From assembly GCA_963700285.1 (NCBI GenBank), contig CAVOXA010000005.1:128001-192000 (forward strand): a DNA stretch of 64,000 bases, given 5' to 3'. Shown here one piece after another: positions 48,823 through 59,255 of the stretch. The notes beneath the pieces are model-generated. The model had not been told where the DNA came from, made no database searches, and was given only the letters and a program-made list of their open reading frames with translations. The stretch comes from an uncultured Chloroflexia bacterium. GTDB lineage: Bacteria > Chloroflexota > Anaerolineae > JAAYZQ01. Within the stretch, counting starts at the first letter, position 1; every line of letters begins with the position of its first letter. The position numbers and the translations under genes are program-made.

Positions 48823-49161
48823 ATGGAAGGACTCCTTGGGCGCATTCTCGTCCTGGCCGGCGGGCTGGCAATCGAGATGGCGATCATCGCCGCCGTCGTC
48901 GTGGTACTGGCCCTCAGGGCAAAGAATCCAGTCGCCAGGGTCCTGGTCTGGATAGTGGTCCTCTACTTGCTGTTCGGACTCTTGTATAGCGCCGTGGGTC
49001 TGTACTGCTACAATGTGAGGAACTGGGAGGTATACGGCGGTCTGTCGGTGCCGCCTCTCTTCTGTCCCATGGGCATTTTTGACTTGCTGATGTGGCCCGT
49101 GTACGTGTGGGCCAACTGGATCAACGGCTTTGGTGTCTTGGGGAATTGCAGGCCATTCTAG
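48823..49161 (+). CDS. Small hypothetical membrane protein
   Basis: Two to three hydrophobic segments; GGAG before the start. Confidence 0.5.
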   Translation: MEGLLGRILVLAGGLAIEMAIIAAVVVVLALRAKNPVARVLVWIVVLYLLFGLLYSAVGLYCYNVRNWEVYGGLSVPPLFCPMGIFDLLMWPVYVWANWINGFGVLGNCRPF

Positions 49162-49213
49162 CCTTCATCTGCTCACAGATTGCCCCGCCGCTGCTCCGCG
49201 CTCTGATAGACCT

Positions 49214-49540
49214 CTAGAAGTCTCGAATCAGGGTGTTGCCTTTTCTCTTGTGCTGCTGCCATACCTTCCGCAGTTGTTCCACCGTTGGCAGATGGATAGT
49301 CCTCTCCGGCGCTGCCTTGTCAGCTATCGAGCCCAGCAGATAGGCGTCATCTTTTCCCACCGAAGAGGCCAGCTCGGCCCGCTTTTCCTTGCTTTGGGGC
49401 ACCCCTTTCCCTCGCCACACCATCGAGTACCGCTCCACCCAGTGGGGCCGCGCCACCTGCCGCAACCAGCCTGGGGCCTTCGCCGCCAGCTCCTCCAGTG
49501 CCAGACGACGCATCGTCTCCATCACCAACTCCAACCGAAG
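49214..49540 (-). mobile_element. IS1182-family transposase fragment
   Basis: RLELVMETMR.ALEELA..APGWL.....HWVERY...VG.D..YLL...LP.VEQLRKVWQQ matches the recalled central region of IS1182-like transposases. Confidence 0.65.
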
Positions 49541-49814
49541 GAACAGAAGGAGAGCCAGGGCAGACGGGACAGCGATGTACCTGGGAATGGGTCTTTGTTT
49601 GGAATATCTGCTTCTCATCGGTTCTTCCTCCTACTCTCGGTGGTGGCAGATTCGCCACGCAGGTTTGGCAAAGCCGGCCTGGCAGGTCGCCTGCTGTCAG
49701 GCTTGCGCGGTACCTGCCACATCCCTTGATGTGATGAACTCGCTGACTATGACCCTGCTATCAGCGACAAAGTCGGGAGGGGCGGCCATGCCGTGGACCA
49801 TGCTCGGTACCAGC

Positions 49815-50000
49815 TCATCGGTACTTTTCCGGTCCCATGGATCCCGACAGCACCGTTTCGGCTACGTGGGCTGCCGCCCACGGCTCGATACTGCCAAAGG
49901 CCCAAGGCGTCACCCCGGCTTTCTGTAGCGCATCGGAAACCGTGAAGAAATCGCCCAAGGTCGAGGGGGCAGTTAGTGCATGGTCGGCAAAGACCTGCAC
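49815..50000 (-). pseudogene. Fragment of a sugar ABC substrate-binding protein
   Basis: VFADHALTAPSTLGDFFTVSDALQKAGVTP.A.G...W...H..ETVL...MGPEKY resembles family 1 SBPs. Confidence 0.5.
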
Positions 50001-50390
50001 GTTGTAGCACAGGACATTGCCCCGGTGAATGCCAACCGGTACCCCATTCCCGGTCCCAGGTTGTCCGACACATTTTCCCCACTCCGGCAGGCCATGCCCC
50101 CTCAGACTGTGGGCGATTGGCAGTTCTAAAGTTCACCGCAAAGACGCAAAGAAAACCAAGGACTGTGTGGGAAGAGACGCGCAGGGCTGCTCTCCTGGCT
50201 ACCGTCAAATTCTGGACCGGAGAAACGAGCTCAGCGCGGTGGTTGGCGTCGGCCGCGCAACACGCATGTTCCGGAAACAGTAGCATCACATCAAAGCAGA
50301 GGCAAGGGCACACGCCGGGACAGTGGTACAGTAGCCCGCTCTCCATTTGGCAAGGGCCGGGCGGGGGATTGCGCGCAGAGCGCGCTCCTG

Positions 50391-50492
50391 CGGCGATGAA
50401 TCGCCGACTAGGAACGTCTGATCGCCGGGTGTAGAACCGTTCGTAGAGCGCAATTCATCGCGCTCTTTGTGCTGGACCACAGTCCAGCACAA
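50391..50492. repeat. GTAG-type REP pair plus hairpin downstream of the protease operon
   Basis: CGGCGATGAATCGCCGACTA, GTAGAGCGCAATTCATCGCGCTC and TTGTGCTGGAC-caca-GTCCAGCACAA. Confidence 0.6.
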
Positions 50493-50529
50493 GCAAAATC
50501 GGGGGATGGGGCGAATTCACCCGCCTCAA

Positions 50530-53500
50530 TCACTCGCCCCCACACGCCACCGCCACGTCGCCCGTGCCCTCGCAGCCCGTCACCAGCAGGGGGCCGCTGG
50601 CTGGCGCCTCGGCAACCAAAGGACTCGCGCTGGTCGCCGCGGTCGCCGCGTCGGCAAAGGTGACCCGCAGATAGGGCTTGTAGTCCGACTCGCGGGTGTT
50701 AAAGCCGATCCAGCCCATCAGGCTGTCGTTGGCTTCGTTGGCGCGGACCATGAGGCCCTCGTTGGGCAGGCTGCCGTTCACCCAGCCCCGCACCAGGTTG
50801 GTGACGTCGAAAGACTGCCAGCTCCCGGCGTCCAGGTAGGCGATGGAGGCCGAGCCATAGGACTCGCCGGCCACGGGCTGGTTGTTCCAGGTGACCGATG
50901 CCTCGGCCCAGGGGTCGGTGGCGCGGTAGGTGGTGGCCGTGCGCGGCACCGTCGGCAGCCGATAGCAAAGGCGGTAGGTCCTCAGGTATAGGCGGGCGTC
51001 GTCGATGCGCGTCCCACCCGGGATGCTGGTCAGGTCGAACTTGAGCAGGCTGCGGGAGATCTGGTAATTGACGGGGGTCCCACAGTTGGCCAGCCCGTAG
51101 CCGGCCCACATGTCGCCGTTGGACCCAAAGTTCTGGTCCGGAACCCCCTGGTAGACGCCGGCATCCTCGATGGCCGGGTACTCGGTCTGCGTTGGATCCT
51201 TCTTGACCTCCACCGGCTGCCGGTTGCTCCAGTCGCTGTCGCCGGCGGGCCCGCTGGCCCGGACGCGGTAGTAGTGGAAGCCGGGTCGCATGTTGTTGGC
51301 ATCCCAGGAGGTGCCGGGGCCGGCATAGCGGATCGTTGGGCTGGTGAAAAAGATATTGTCGTCCTCCTGAAGCGTGTAGGCGCTGGCGCCGGCGGATGGC
51401 TGCCAGGTGACGGTGTAGCTGCCATTGCCATCGGCGTTGTCGATGGGCTTCAGGACCGGCGCGGCGGGCGCCTGCGGCTTGTGGCGCTGGACGATGGACA
51501 GGTAGAGGGTATTGGCGGCGCCGGCCTGCGTGTCCAGGGCGAAGGGCGAAAAGCTGTCGATGGACTGCGTTTCGACATAGAGGCCCCGCTCCAGATCCAG
51601 GCTGCCATAGCGGGTGGGCCTGGGCACCTGCTGCCAGCCGCCGGCATAGTGGTAGACGTCCAGCTCGTCCAGGGCCAGCCCCAGGCGATCCGCTTCGGCA
51701 AAGTAGTAGCGTACCGTCGCCTCCAGCGGCGCGCCGCTTTCGATCTCGTAGCAGCGGTTGACGCCGCTGATGCGGCCCGGGCAGTGCTGGTGGCCGGCGA
51801 TGGCCACCGCCACCAGGGGCGCCTCGCTGACCGTCACCTGAAAGGCGTCGGTGTCGCTCAGCCCGCCGGTGTCCTCGGCTCGGATCTGGACGCTGGTCGA
51901 TCCGGTCCAGTCGGCCTGGGGGTTGATGTCAACGTAGCGATTGGCGCTGAGGCCAACGCCCGCGCCGGGTTTTGGCGCGTTGTCGATGGCGTACAGGAGA
52001 CCCGCCGGCCCGTCCTCGGCGTCGCTGGCGTGCTGCCACAGATCGATGGCTTTTTCCAGCGCGCCGTTCTGCTGCAACGTCTGGTCGGGCAGCCCGTTGA
52101 GCACCGGCGCGGCGTTGGCCGGGTCGGAATGCTGGACGATGAGCTGGGGAGCGGTGGCCTCCTCGCGGGTGGCAAAGCCCCGCCAGCCCAGCTCCGATTC
52201 CTCCTGGCCGAGCAGGTAGATGCCGTGGTTGGTGCTGGTCCTGTCGTGCCAGGCCCGGACCATCTCTGTCACGTCGAAATCGTACCAGCCCCACGCGCCG
52301 TGGGGAATGGACTGGCTGCCGGCCGCCCCCGCATAGCCGGGGGCGTTGCTCCAGGTCACCGTGTCTTCGGACCAGTCCGCGGTGGCGCGATAGGCTGTGA
52401 CCTCCAGGCTGTCCTCCGCTGCCCCGTAAGAGACCACCAGGTAGAGCCTCAGGGTGGCCTGGCCGATCTCCGCCCCGTCGGGCAGGTCCGTGTCGTCGAA
52501 TTTGAGCAAGCTGCGCGCGACCTTGCCGTCGGGCTCCAGGTAGGTATCATAGCCGGCCCACATCATGCCCGTCGGCCGCGACAGGTCGGGCATGGTCCAG
52601 ACGCCGCCATAGTTGGTGGTTGGGTAGCCCTTGAGCAGGCCGGAGTCGGCGATGGAGGTCAGGACCGTCTGGCCCAGGGTACTCGCGGGCGGCGCCCCTG
52701 CGCTGGCTGGATCCGGGGCCGCCAGCAGGGCCGGCTGGCCGGCCGCGCTTTCATCGGCGACCCTGGCCGTGCCCGCTGTGGGCGTGAGGTCCAGCCCATA
52801 GTATCGGGTCTGGTCCCCGGCCTGGTTGCGGATGCGCAGGAAAGAGGTTGTGCCGCTGCCGGCCACGGGCAGCGTCTGCTTGAGCGTCCCGGCATTGGTC
52901 AGTTTTTGCTCGATGGTCAGCCCGCGGTTGCCCAGGTCCAGGACGGCCCCCTGATCGATGGTCAGGTTCCTGGCGGCGGCGATGCCCGAGGCGACGACCG
53001 GAGCCCGGGCCGTGGCCGGAATGAGGACGTTGTCCCCGGCCGTGGGCACGCCCCTGGGCGACCAGTTGCCGGCCTCGTGCCAGTCGGCGCTGCTGGCTCC
53101 AGTCCAGGTGACGACGGGCTCGGTAACCATGACCCTGAAGGTATCTGCGCCGGACAGCCCGCCGGGATCGGCGACCCTGACGGTCACGAGCGTCTGGCCT
53201 GTCCATCCGCTGGCGGGCCGAATGGTCACGTAGCGGTTGGCCACGATGCTCACGCCGGCGCTGGGTTCAGGCGCATTGTGGATGGTATAGATCAGTTGAT
53301 CGTCCCTCGATTGGGCGTCGCTGGCATAGGCCCACAGGTCAATGGCCCTGTCCTTGCTGGCGCCCATGGGCAGGGTCTGGTCGGGCAGGCCGGTCAGGAT
53401 GGGCGGCGTGTTCCCGCCATTGGGCGGCGTTCCCAGGTTCAGCCGGCCGGCGCCGTAGGCGTTGTCTTTGCCCGCCGGCCCCTGGTCCGCCGCCCGCTGC

Positions 53501-55110
53501 TCCAGGAATGCCTGCACCTGGGCGGGGCTGTAGGTCGGATTGGCGCCTTTGACCAGGGCCGCCGCGCCCGCCAGGTGGGGCGTGGCCGAAGAAGTTCCGT
53601 TGAAATAGGTGGGTCCGTAGCTTGCCGTCGAGACGTTGGCATAGCCACCCAGGTCGGGCTTGGTCGCGCCACCGCTGCAGGCCCCGCCCGGGCCAAAGGT
53701 GGGGCCCCGCGAGCTATAGCTCTCCAGGGGATAGGGCGCGCTGGCGTCCAGCGCGGCGCCGCTGGCGGCGTTGGTCGAGTCGGCGGGGAAGGTCAGGCTG
53801 CGTCCGGTGCTAAAGTGTTCCAGCGCCCCCATCTTGGGCGCCAATACCCGAAAACAGACGTTCCGCGAGGCGCTGTAGCGCCTGACCGCCAGGCCATAGG
53901 TCCCGCTGGTGGGGGCATAGATGCCGATGAATTCCTCGGGCGTGGCATAGCCGGCGATCTGGCGGTTGCGCGAGGCGGTCTGTAGGGTCCAGGAGGAGCC
54001 GGTCCAGCGGTAAAGCTCCAGATCATAGTCTTGGCCGGTGCGCGACCAGTCGTCCCAGTGCAGCCCGATGCGGATGGCCTGGCCGGCGTTGATATAGTCG
54101 GTGAACTCGTTGATCCACTCGCCCTGCGCCCACCTGTGGCGGCCGGAGCCATCGTCCTGGTAGGCGCCGTGCCACGTCTCGCCGGCCTCGTTGCCCGCCG
54201 CGGTGGCGAAAAAGATGCCGTTCTGCCGCGCCTTTTTGACGATATCGGCCAGAAAGCCGGTTCCGTCGCCGGGCCCGTCGATGGTCCAGCCCAGGGACAT
54301 GCTGATGACGTCCACACCGTCGGCGATGGCCCGATCGACGGCCTGCCCGACGTCGGTGTTATAGTTTACCTTGTGCAGGTAGAGGCTGGCTTGAGGCGCC
54401 ATATCGTGCACGATCTCGGCGCAGGCCGTGCCGTGGGGAGTCCCGCCGATCCCGGTGCCGGTCCAGTCATAGGTTGCGACGGTGGCCGGCAGGTCCGAGC
54501 CCAGCAGGCTGGCATAGCCGCTGAATCCGGCGTCGATGATGGCAATGCGCACCCCGGCGCCCAGATTGCCGGCCGTGTGCCAGGCCGTGGCGTTTGAGGC
54601 CGCGACCCCCTCCGATGTGTAGCGGCCGGCCGCCAACTCAGGTTCCAGCAGGACGGGCTGCCGCGGCTCAGTGATGAGTTCGATCTCCTCGCGTGCGGCC
54701 AGCGGCTCCAGGGCGTCGATGGGCACCCGGGCGACCAGGCGCTGGCCATACTGGCTCCTGACCTCGCCGCCCAGATCGGGCAGGGAGGCCGCCAGTTCCT
54801 CGAGTACCTGGGGCTCAGCGTGGATGGTGACCATCACGCGCCCCTCTTCCACGTCAACCGCACCGGTCGCCGAAAAAGCTTCCGCGCCCAGCGCGCCGGC
54901 GCGGTCGTAGGCATAGAGCAATTGGTTCAGGGACCATTCCAGTTTGGGATTGCTGCTGGCCGAGTCGGGCTCAGGGGCAGCTGGGCCTGGGCCCTGGCTT
55001 GCGCCGGTGGCTGCGCCGGTGACGAGAAGGGCGACGACCGTCAGCAGGCCCAAGATCGGGCGTGCCCAGCCTCTGCCTGGCCTCCGGTGCTGTTGCTCAC
55101 TGTGGTTCAT
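50530..55110 (-). CDS. Secreted multidomain S8 serine protease (subtilase with inserted domain, Ig-like, two DNRLRE-like and FN3 domains)
   Basis: IAIIDAG, HGTACAE, AAGNE and GTSSATPH triad intact; RSLLKFD..NxG.....E domains; YYRVRA FN3 motif. Confidence 0.9.
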   Translation of the reverse strand: MNHSEQQHRRPGRGWARPILGLLTVVALLVTGAATGASQGPGPAAPEPDSASSNPKLEWSLNQLLYAYDRAGALGAEAFSATGAVDVEEGRVMVTIHAEPQVLEELAASLPDLGGEVRSQYGQRLVARVPIDALEPLAAREEIELITEPRQPVLLEPELAAGRYTSEGVAASNATAWHTAGNLGAGVRIAIIDAGFSGYASLLGSDLPATVATYDWTGTGIGGTPHGTACAEIVHDMAPQASLYLHKVNYNTDVGQAVDRAIADGVDVISMSLGWTIDGPGDGTGFLADIVKKARQNGIFFATAAGNEAGETWHGAYQDDGSGRHRWAQGEWINEFTDYINAGQAIRIGLHWDDWSRTGQDYDLELYRWTGSSWTLQTASRNRQIAGYATPEEFIGIYAPTSGTYGLAVRRYSASRNVCFRVLAPKMGALEHFSTGRSLTFPADSTNAASGAALDASAPYPLESYSSRGPTFGPGGACSGGATKPDLGGYANVSTASYGPTYFNGTSSATPHLAGAAALVKGANPTYSPAQVQAFLEQRAADQGPAGKDNAYGAGRLNLGTPPNGGNTPPILTGLPDQTLPMGASKDRAIDLWAYASDAQSRDDQLIYTIHNAPEPSAGVSIVANRYVTIRPASGWTGQTLVTVRVADPGGLSGADTFRVMVTEPVVTWTGASSADWHEAGNWSPRGVPTAGDNVLIPATARAPVVASGIAAARNLTIDQGAVLDLGNRGLTIEQKLTNAGTLKQTLPVAGSGTTSFLRIRNQAGDQTRYYGLDLTPTAGTARVADESAAGQPALLAAPDPASAGAPPASTLGQTVLTSIADSGLLKGYPTTNYGGVWTMPDLSRPTGMMWAGYDTYLEPDGKVARSLLKFDDTDLPDGAEIGQATLRLYLVVSYGAAEDSLEVTAYRATADWSEDTVTWSNAPGYAGAAGSQSIPHGAWGWYDFDVTEMVRAWHDRTSTNHGIYLLGQEESELGWRGFATREEATAPQLIVQHSDPANAAPVLNGLPDQTLQQNGALEKAIDLWQHASDAEDGPAGLLYAIDNAPKPGAGVGLSANRYVDINPQADWTGSTSVQIRAEDTGGLSDTDAFQVTVSEAPLVAVAIAGHQHCPGRISGVNRCYEIESGAPLEATVRYYFAEADRLGLALDELDVYHYAGGWQQVPRPTRYGSLDLERGLYVETQSIDSFSPFALDTQAGAANTLYLSIVQRHKPQAPAAPVLKPIDNADGNGSYTVTWQPSAGASAYTLQEDDNIFFTSPTIRYAGPGTSWDANNMRPGFHYYRVRASGPAGDSDWSNRQPVEVKKDPTQTEYPAIEDAGVYQGVPDQNFGSNGDMWAGYGLANCGTPVNYQISRSLLKFDLTSIPGGTRIDDARLYLRTYRLCYRLPTVPRTATTYRATDPWAEASVTWNNQPVAGESYGSASIAYLDAGSWQSFDVTNLVRGWVNGSLPNEGLMVRANEANDSLMGWIGFNTRESDYKPYLRVTFADAATAATSASPLVAEAPASGPLLVTGCEGTGDVAVACGGE

Positions 55111-55171
55111 GTCCAGTCTCCCGTTCCGACTGTACCGGCCCTGTGGCGCCAGGCTGCCCTACGCGGGTGGA

Positions 55172-57896
55172 TCAGGGCCAGCGGTGCATGACCAGGGGCA
55201 GGTAGACGGTGCCTATCCGTTGGGACGGCCGGTCCAGCGCGAACTGAGAAGAAGCCTCGATGTCCCGGACCTCGACATACTGCGCCTCGCCTGGGTCCAG
55301 GGCTCCCCGGTCATGCAGGCCGGGAACCTCTGCCCACTGCGCCCCAAAGCGATAGGCCCTCAGGCCGTCCAGCATATGTCCATTGCGTTCGGCTTCACGA
55401 AAGTAGAAACGCACGTCGGCTCGTAGCGGGACGCTGCTGCGGAGTTCGTAACAGCGCCTCACCCCGCTGGTCCGCCAATCGCACAACTGGTTGCCCGATA
55501 TGGTGACGGTGACAACCGGCCCGCCGGCAGTGCCGCCCGGGTCCTGCCTGGACTGCGCATGGGCCGATTCTAGCGTTGCGTGAGTGGCGTCCGGCTGCGT
55601 TGCGTAGGGGCTCTTGTCCGAAACGGGATCCTGCCCACTGCTGCCATAGTCAGCGGCTTTTGGGTCCCCCCCGGGACTGCTTTCGTGATCCTCTTGGCCT
55701 GTATTATACCAGCGTGCTGCCGGGTCGGTCAAGTTCGGGCCGGGCTGGTCCCTGGTGGCTGCCGTCTGTCCGCTACTGCTTTCCCACCCGTCGTAGGCGT
55801 TTTCCAGGTCCAGGCCATAGTAGGCGGCCCGGCTGCCGGCCTGGTTGGAGAGGCGGAGAAAGGCCGTCGTGCCGCCGCTGTCCACCGATTTCGTCTGCTT
55901 CAGGATGCCGTTGTTGGTGACCCTTCCCTCCACGCGCAGGTCCCGTGTCGTCAGGTCGAGCGCGGCGCCGGCCTCTAGGGTCAGGTCTCGCACGGCTGCA
56001 TCGCTTTTAGAGATGATGGGCTGCTTGCCGGTGGCGGGGATGGTGACATTCTCTACGCGCGATGGGACCCCGGCCGGCGTCCAATTCTCAGGCGCATGCC
56101 AGTCCCTGCTAGCGCTCCCGTTCCACCTCTTGGCGGCGGTGGTGACGGCAAAGCCGCCGTCCAGCGCGCCGGAACGGCCGCCGGGGTTGCTGACAACCAC
56201 GTCCCAATTGCCGCTGGCCGCCCCGGTCAGGTCGATGTCGCAGGCTATCCGAGTATCGCCGTCGACGACGACGCGGGTAGCCTGCATGTCCTGCTCGCCG
56301 GCCTTGGCCAGCTTGACGCTGGAGCCAGGTTGAAAATACGCGCCAGCCAGGCGGGAGATGTGCAGCACGCCGTCGTTGCTGCCACTTGCGGGCGTGATGC
56401 TGGTGACCTGTGGGGGCGGTGCTGAGGCCAGACTCTCCGCCGCCGAGGTCCGCAGCCGGACGCCCAGATCGGTACCATAGCTGGCGCCCATGTCGTGCCA
56501 CCAGTGCCCCTCACAACTGAGGTAGGTACGCCCGGGCTCGATCTTGCCGTCGGGGTCGCCGCCAAAGGGAAAGCCATAGCTGGCGTTGGTGGCTTTTACC
56601 ACCGCGACGACCTCCTGGCCCTGAGCCACCCGGATTGGCGCGTCAAAGCGCACCGAGTGATAGCCCGCTTCGCCAAAGCGGCTGTCCAGCTTGCTGGCCA
56701 GCAGGCCGCTGAGCGCGTCACCGTCAAACTCTCTGTAGAGAAAGACGTCCACGTCTGTCGTAGCATCGGTCGTCCAAAACTCGATGCGCTCAATGTTGGC
56801 CTCTGTGGGCGCGCTGAACTTGGCCAGCCCCCATGCCGTCGTGTCCTCGCAGCCCCAGGAATGCCGCCAGCCGCCCTCGTCATAGTGCCAGAGCGCGCCT
56901 TCCGGGTCATAGTTCTGCCACTCCTGCACAAAGTTCGAAATGGCGCCAACGTTTGCCGAGCCATAGCTGGCATAAAAATAGCCCTGGTCGCCCCAAGCTG
57001 GGCCCCAATTGTTCTTCAGGATCCAGCCTTCCGCGGGGCCGGTCCCGCCTCGGACGGGCGGCAGCCGGTTGCTCCAACCCACCAGCAGGACGGTGTGGTT
57101 GACCCGCTCCGGAGCGACCCTGTAGTCCAGGGTGAAAGAGCCGTCGTAGGCGGGGTTGAAACCGCCGTCCAGGTCGATGAAGGTGGAGACGCTGATGCGG
57201 GCCATGGTCGTAGAGATAGCGCTTGAGCACCCGGGGATCCGGCGGGGACCCGGCCGAAATGAGGCGCCAGTCCAGGACGGTCTGCTGGTAGGGACAGGCG
57301 GCGCCGCAGGCCACGTCGCCGGGCACGTAGGGGTCGCACGACTCCAGAACCGTACCCGTCTGCGAGAACAGGTTGGCCAGCATCAAGCTGTTGCCGCCGC
57401 TGCAGCTCCCCCAGGGAGAGCCGGGCGGGTACTCGAAGCGGTTGCGAGCGGACCAGTTGCATTCTTTTGCGTGGTTCTCAGAGAGGTCGTAGGGGCCGGC
57501 GCCATCCATCAGCAGCCTGGCCTCCATCTGGCCCAGAAAAGCGAAAGCGTAGCAGGCCGCGCAGGCGTGCTCGTCCCGAACCGCGGTGATATAGCTTTCG
57601 CCGTTCTGGTCGCGCCAATCGAATGTGTCTGGCAGATCCTGGCCCAGGCTGGCTGCGTCCGGCCTCTGCGCTGACAGGTGGGACAGATCGACGGGGGGCA
57701 GCAGGGAGCCGGCATCAAGCCGGAGGGCCGGCAGCGGCGCCATGCGGGGCTGCCGGGGCCCGCTGGCAGACGGCGTCTGGGTGCTCAAGCTCAACGTAGT
57801 GGCGGCCAGGATCAGCCCGGCGGCCAGGATCTGGGCGGCCCGTTGCCAGATTTGGGTCAGGAATGGATGTCGTGGGGTGTCGTGGTTGTGCTTCAA
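55172..57896 (-). pseudogene. Secreted papain-like C1A cysteine protease with lectin-like, IPT-like and C-terminal domains; one frameshift near 57200
   Basis: FDWR...VRDEHACAACYAF and DLSE in one frame; NHTVLLVGW and WILKNNWG in the next; ends VYLPLVMHR. May be intact if the indel is a sequencing error. Confidence 0.82.
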
Positions 57897-58016
57897 AGTA
57901 GTCGCTCCTGTTGGCTGTTGTGGGTGTTGGCATGGCCGTCGCAGGCCGGTCTTCTGGCGATCTCCTTTGTGCTAGAACTCGTTTAATTAAGCTTGAAAAC
58001 TGTATAGAAAGTATGA

Positions 58017-58044
58017 ATTATACCGTAAGTGGGGAAAATGTCAA
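58017..58044 (-). promoter_or_regulatory. Sigma70 promoter for the protease pair, in an AT-rich patch
   Basis: Minus strand TTGACA-16 nt-TATAAT. Confidence 0.7.
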
Positions 58045-58207
58045 GAAGAAAAGAGTCCGCGGTGCAGCGACGCCCACTATAGACAAAAATCTACGCTCTG
58101 TCAACCTGAGGCCAGGCCACTGTCAAAACGGCATAGACGCATGCCTGTCATGCCCGCCCCTACCGTCGTGGGGGAGACCTATGGCGGGCAAGTTTCGCCG
58201 GCCAATA

Positions 58208-58278
58208 TGACAACGAATCAAGAGGATTAAGCGAATCGGCTGAGACCGGATTCGATGAATCCCGTAGATTCGTCGTCA
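58208..58278. repeat. REP-like long palindrome (CGAAT-type)
   Basis: TGACAACGAATC...CGAATC..GATTCG...GATTCGTCGTCA. Confidence 0.55.
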
Positions 58279-58366
58279 CATTGAGTGGGTAAGAACTGGA
58301 CCTCGGAGGGTGAGGTGGGTGCGGTGGGTGCGGGCATGACAATCACAAGAGGCTGGTTTTGGGACC

Positions 58367-58395
58367 TTGACGCTGCCAGCAAACTGTGCTACAAT
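58367..58395 (+). promoter_or_regulatory. Sigma70-like promoter
   Basis: TTGACG-17 nt-TACAAT with TG extension. Confidence 0.6.
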
Positions 58396-58481
58396 CTGCA
58401 TGCTTGCGCCAACCCTTTGGACGAGTTGCACAGGCGAAGGAGAACGCTCTATTGAGAAAAGATGTACAGCCCGGCTGGCCC

Positions 58482-59186
58482 ATGGCCATCCCGGAGATGG
58501 CCGGTCCTCGGCAACTGGAGGACCTGATCCCCATCGATAGCTTTGTGGGCACCAGCCTGATCCTGCGCCAGGATGGTCGCCTTCTCTATGGCATGCGTCC
58601 CATCCGGGAGGTGCAAAAGCGGCCGCTGATAGAGCTGACCGGCATCGGGGGCGGCATCGAAGAGGTGGATGAGACCTATGCCTCGGGCGTGCTGCGTGAG
58701 GCGCGGGAGGAGATCGGTTGCGGCGAGGGGGCCGGGGCAGGCTGCCGGGTCAAGCTGCTCCCCTGTGACAGGACGCTGGTGGTCCGCGGCCAGGAGCAGA
58801 TGGAATGGGCCAAACTCCAGGGCCCGCAGAGGCCGGCCGCGGTCGTGTACCGCTACTACCGGACCCCTCCGCACCGGCCCTGGCACGCGAGCAACCGGGG
58901 GCAAGGTTGTCTTGTTGTTTTTCTGGCCGACTTGGAGGGCCAGCCCTGCCCGACGATAGAGCTGCCCTGGCTGCTGTGGATGAGCCCCGAGCAGGTCCTT
59001 GAAACAGCGCGGCGGGATGCACCACTTTCCGATCTGTTGGGCGACGGGGCCGAGCTGGTGCTGGGCCCTATGGGCGCGCCGCCTGACGCGAGTTGTGTCA
59101 GGCTCACCGATTCCCAGGAGGCATTGGGGCTGGCACTGGGCGAGGCATTGCCGGGATTCTACAGGTCATTCGACGCAGCCGGTTAG
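58482..59186 (+). CDS. NUDIX-like hydrolase
   Basis: GGGIEEVDETYASGVLREAREEIG Nudix box; start uncertain. Confidence 0.75.
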   Translation: MAIPEMAGPRQLEDLIPIDSFVGTSLILRQDGRLLYGMRPIREVQKRPLIELTGIGGGIEEVDETYASGVLREAREEIGCGEGAGAGCRVKLLPCDRTLVVRGQEQMEWAKLQGPQRPAAVVYRYYRTPPHRPWHASNRGQGCLVVFLADLEGQPCPTIELPWLLWMSPEQVLETARRDAPLSDLLGDGAELVLGPMGAPPDASCVRLTDSQEALGLALGEALPGFYRSFDAAG

Positions 59187-59255
59187 GGCATGGGACCCGG
59201 CCAGCGCATGGGTTGCAGGGCTTGGCGAGGCTTTTGACGTCAATTGGGAGGAGAC

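Noticed and set aside
51274-53985. Long antisense ORFs (903 aa here; also 7452-9116, 33311-34585 and 43271-44911)
   Set aside because: They are shadows of well-supported genes on the opposite strand in high-GC DNA and show no motifs.
58308-58334. GGGTG(A/C)GGT short tandem repeat as a G-quadruplex or iteron
   Set aside because: Only about three short units with no supporting context.
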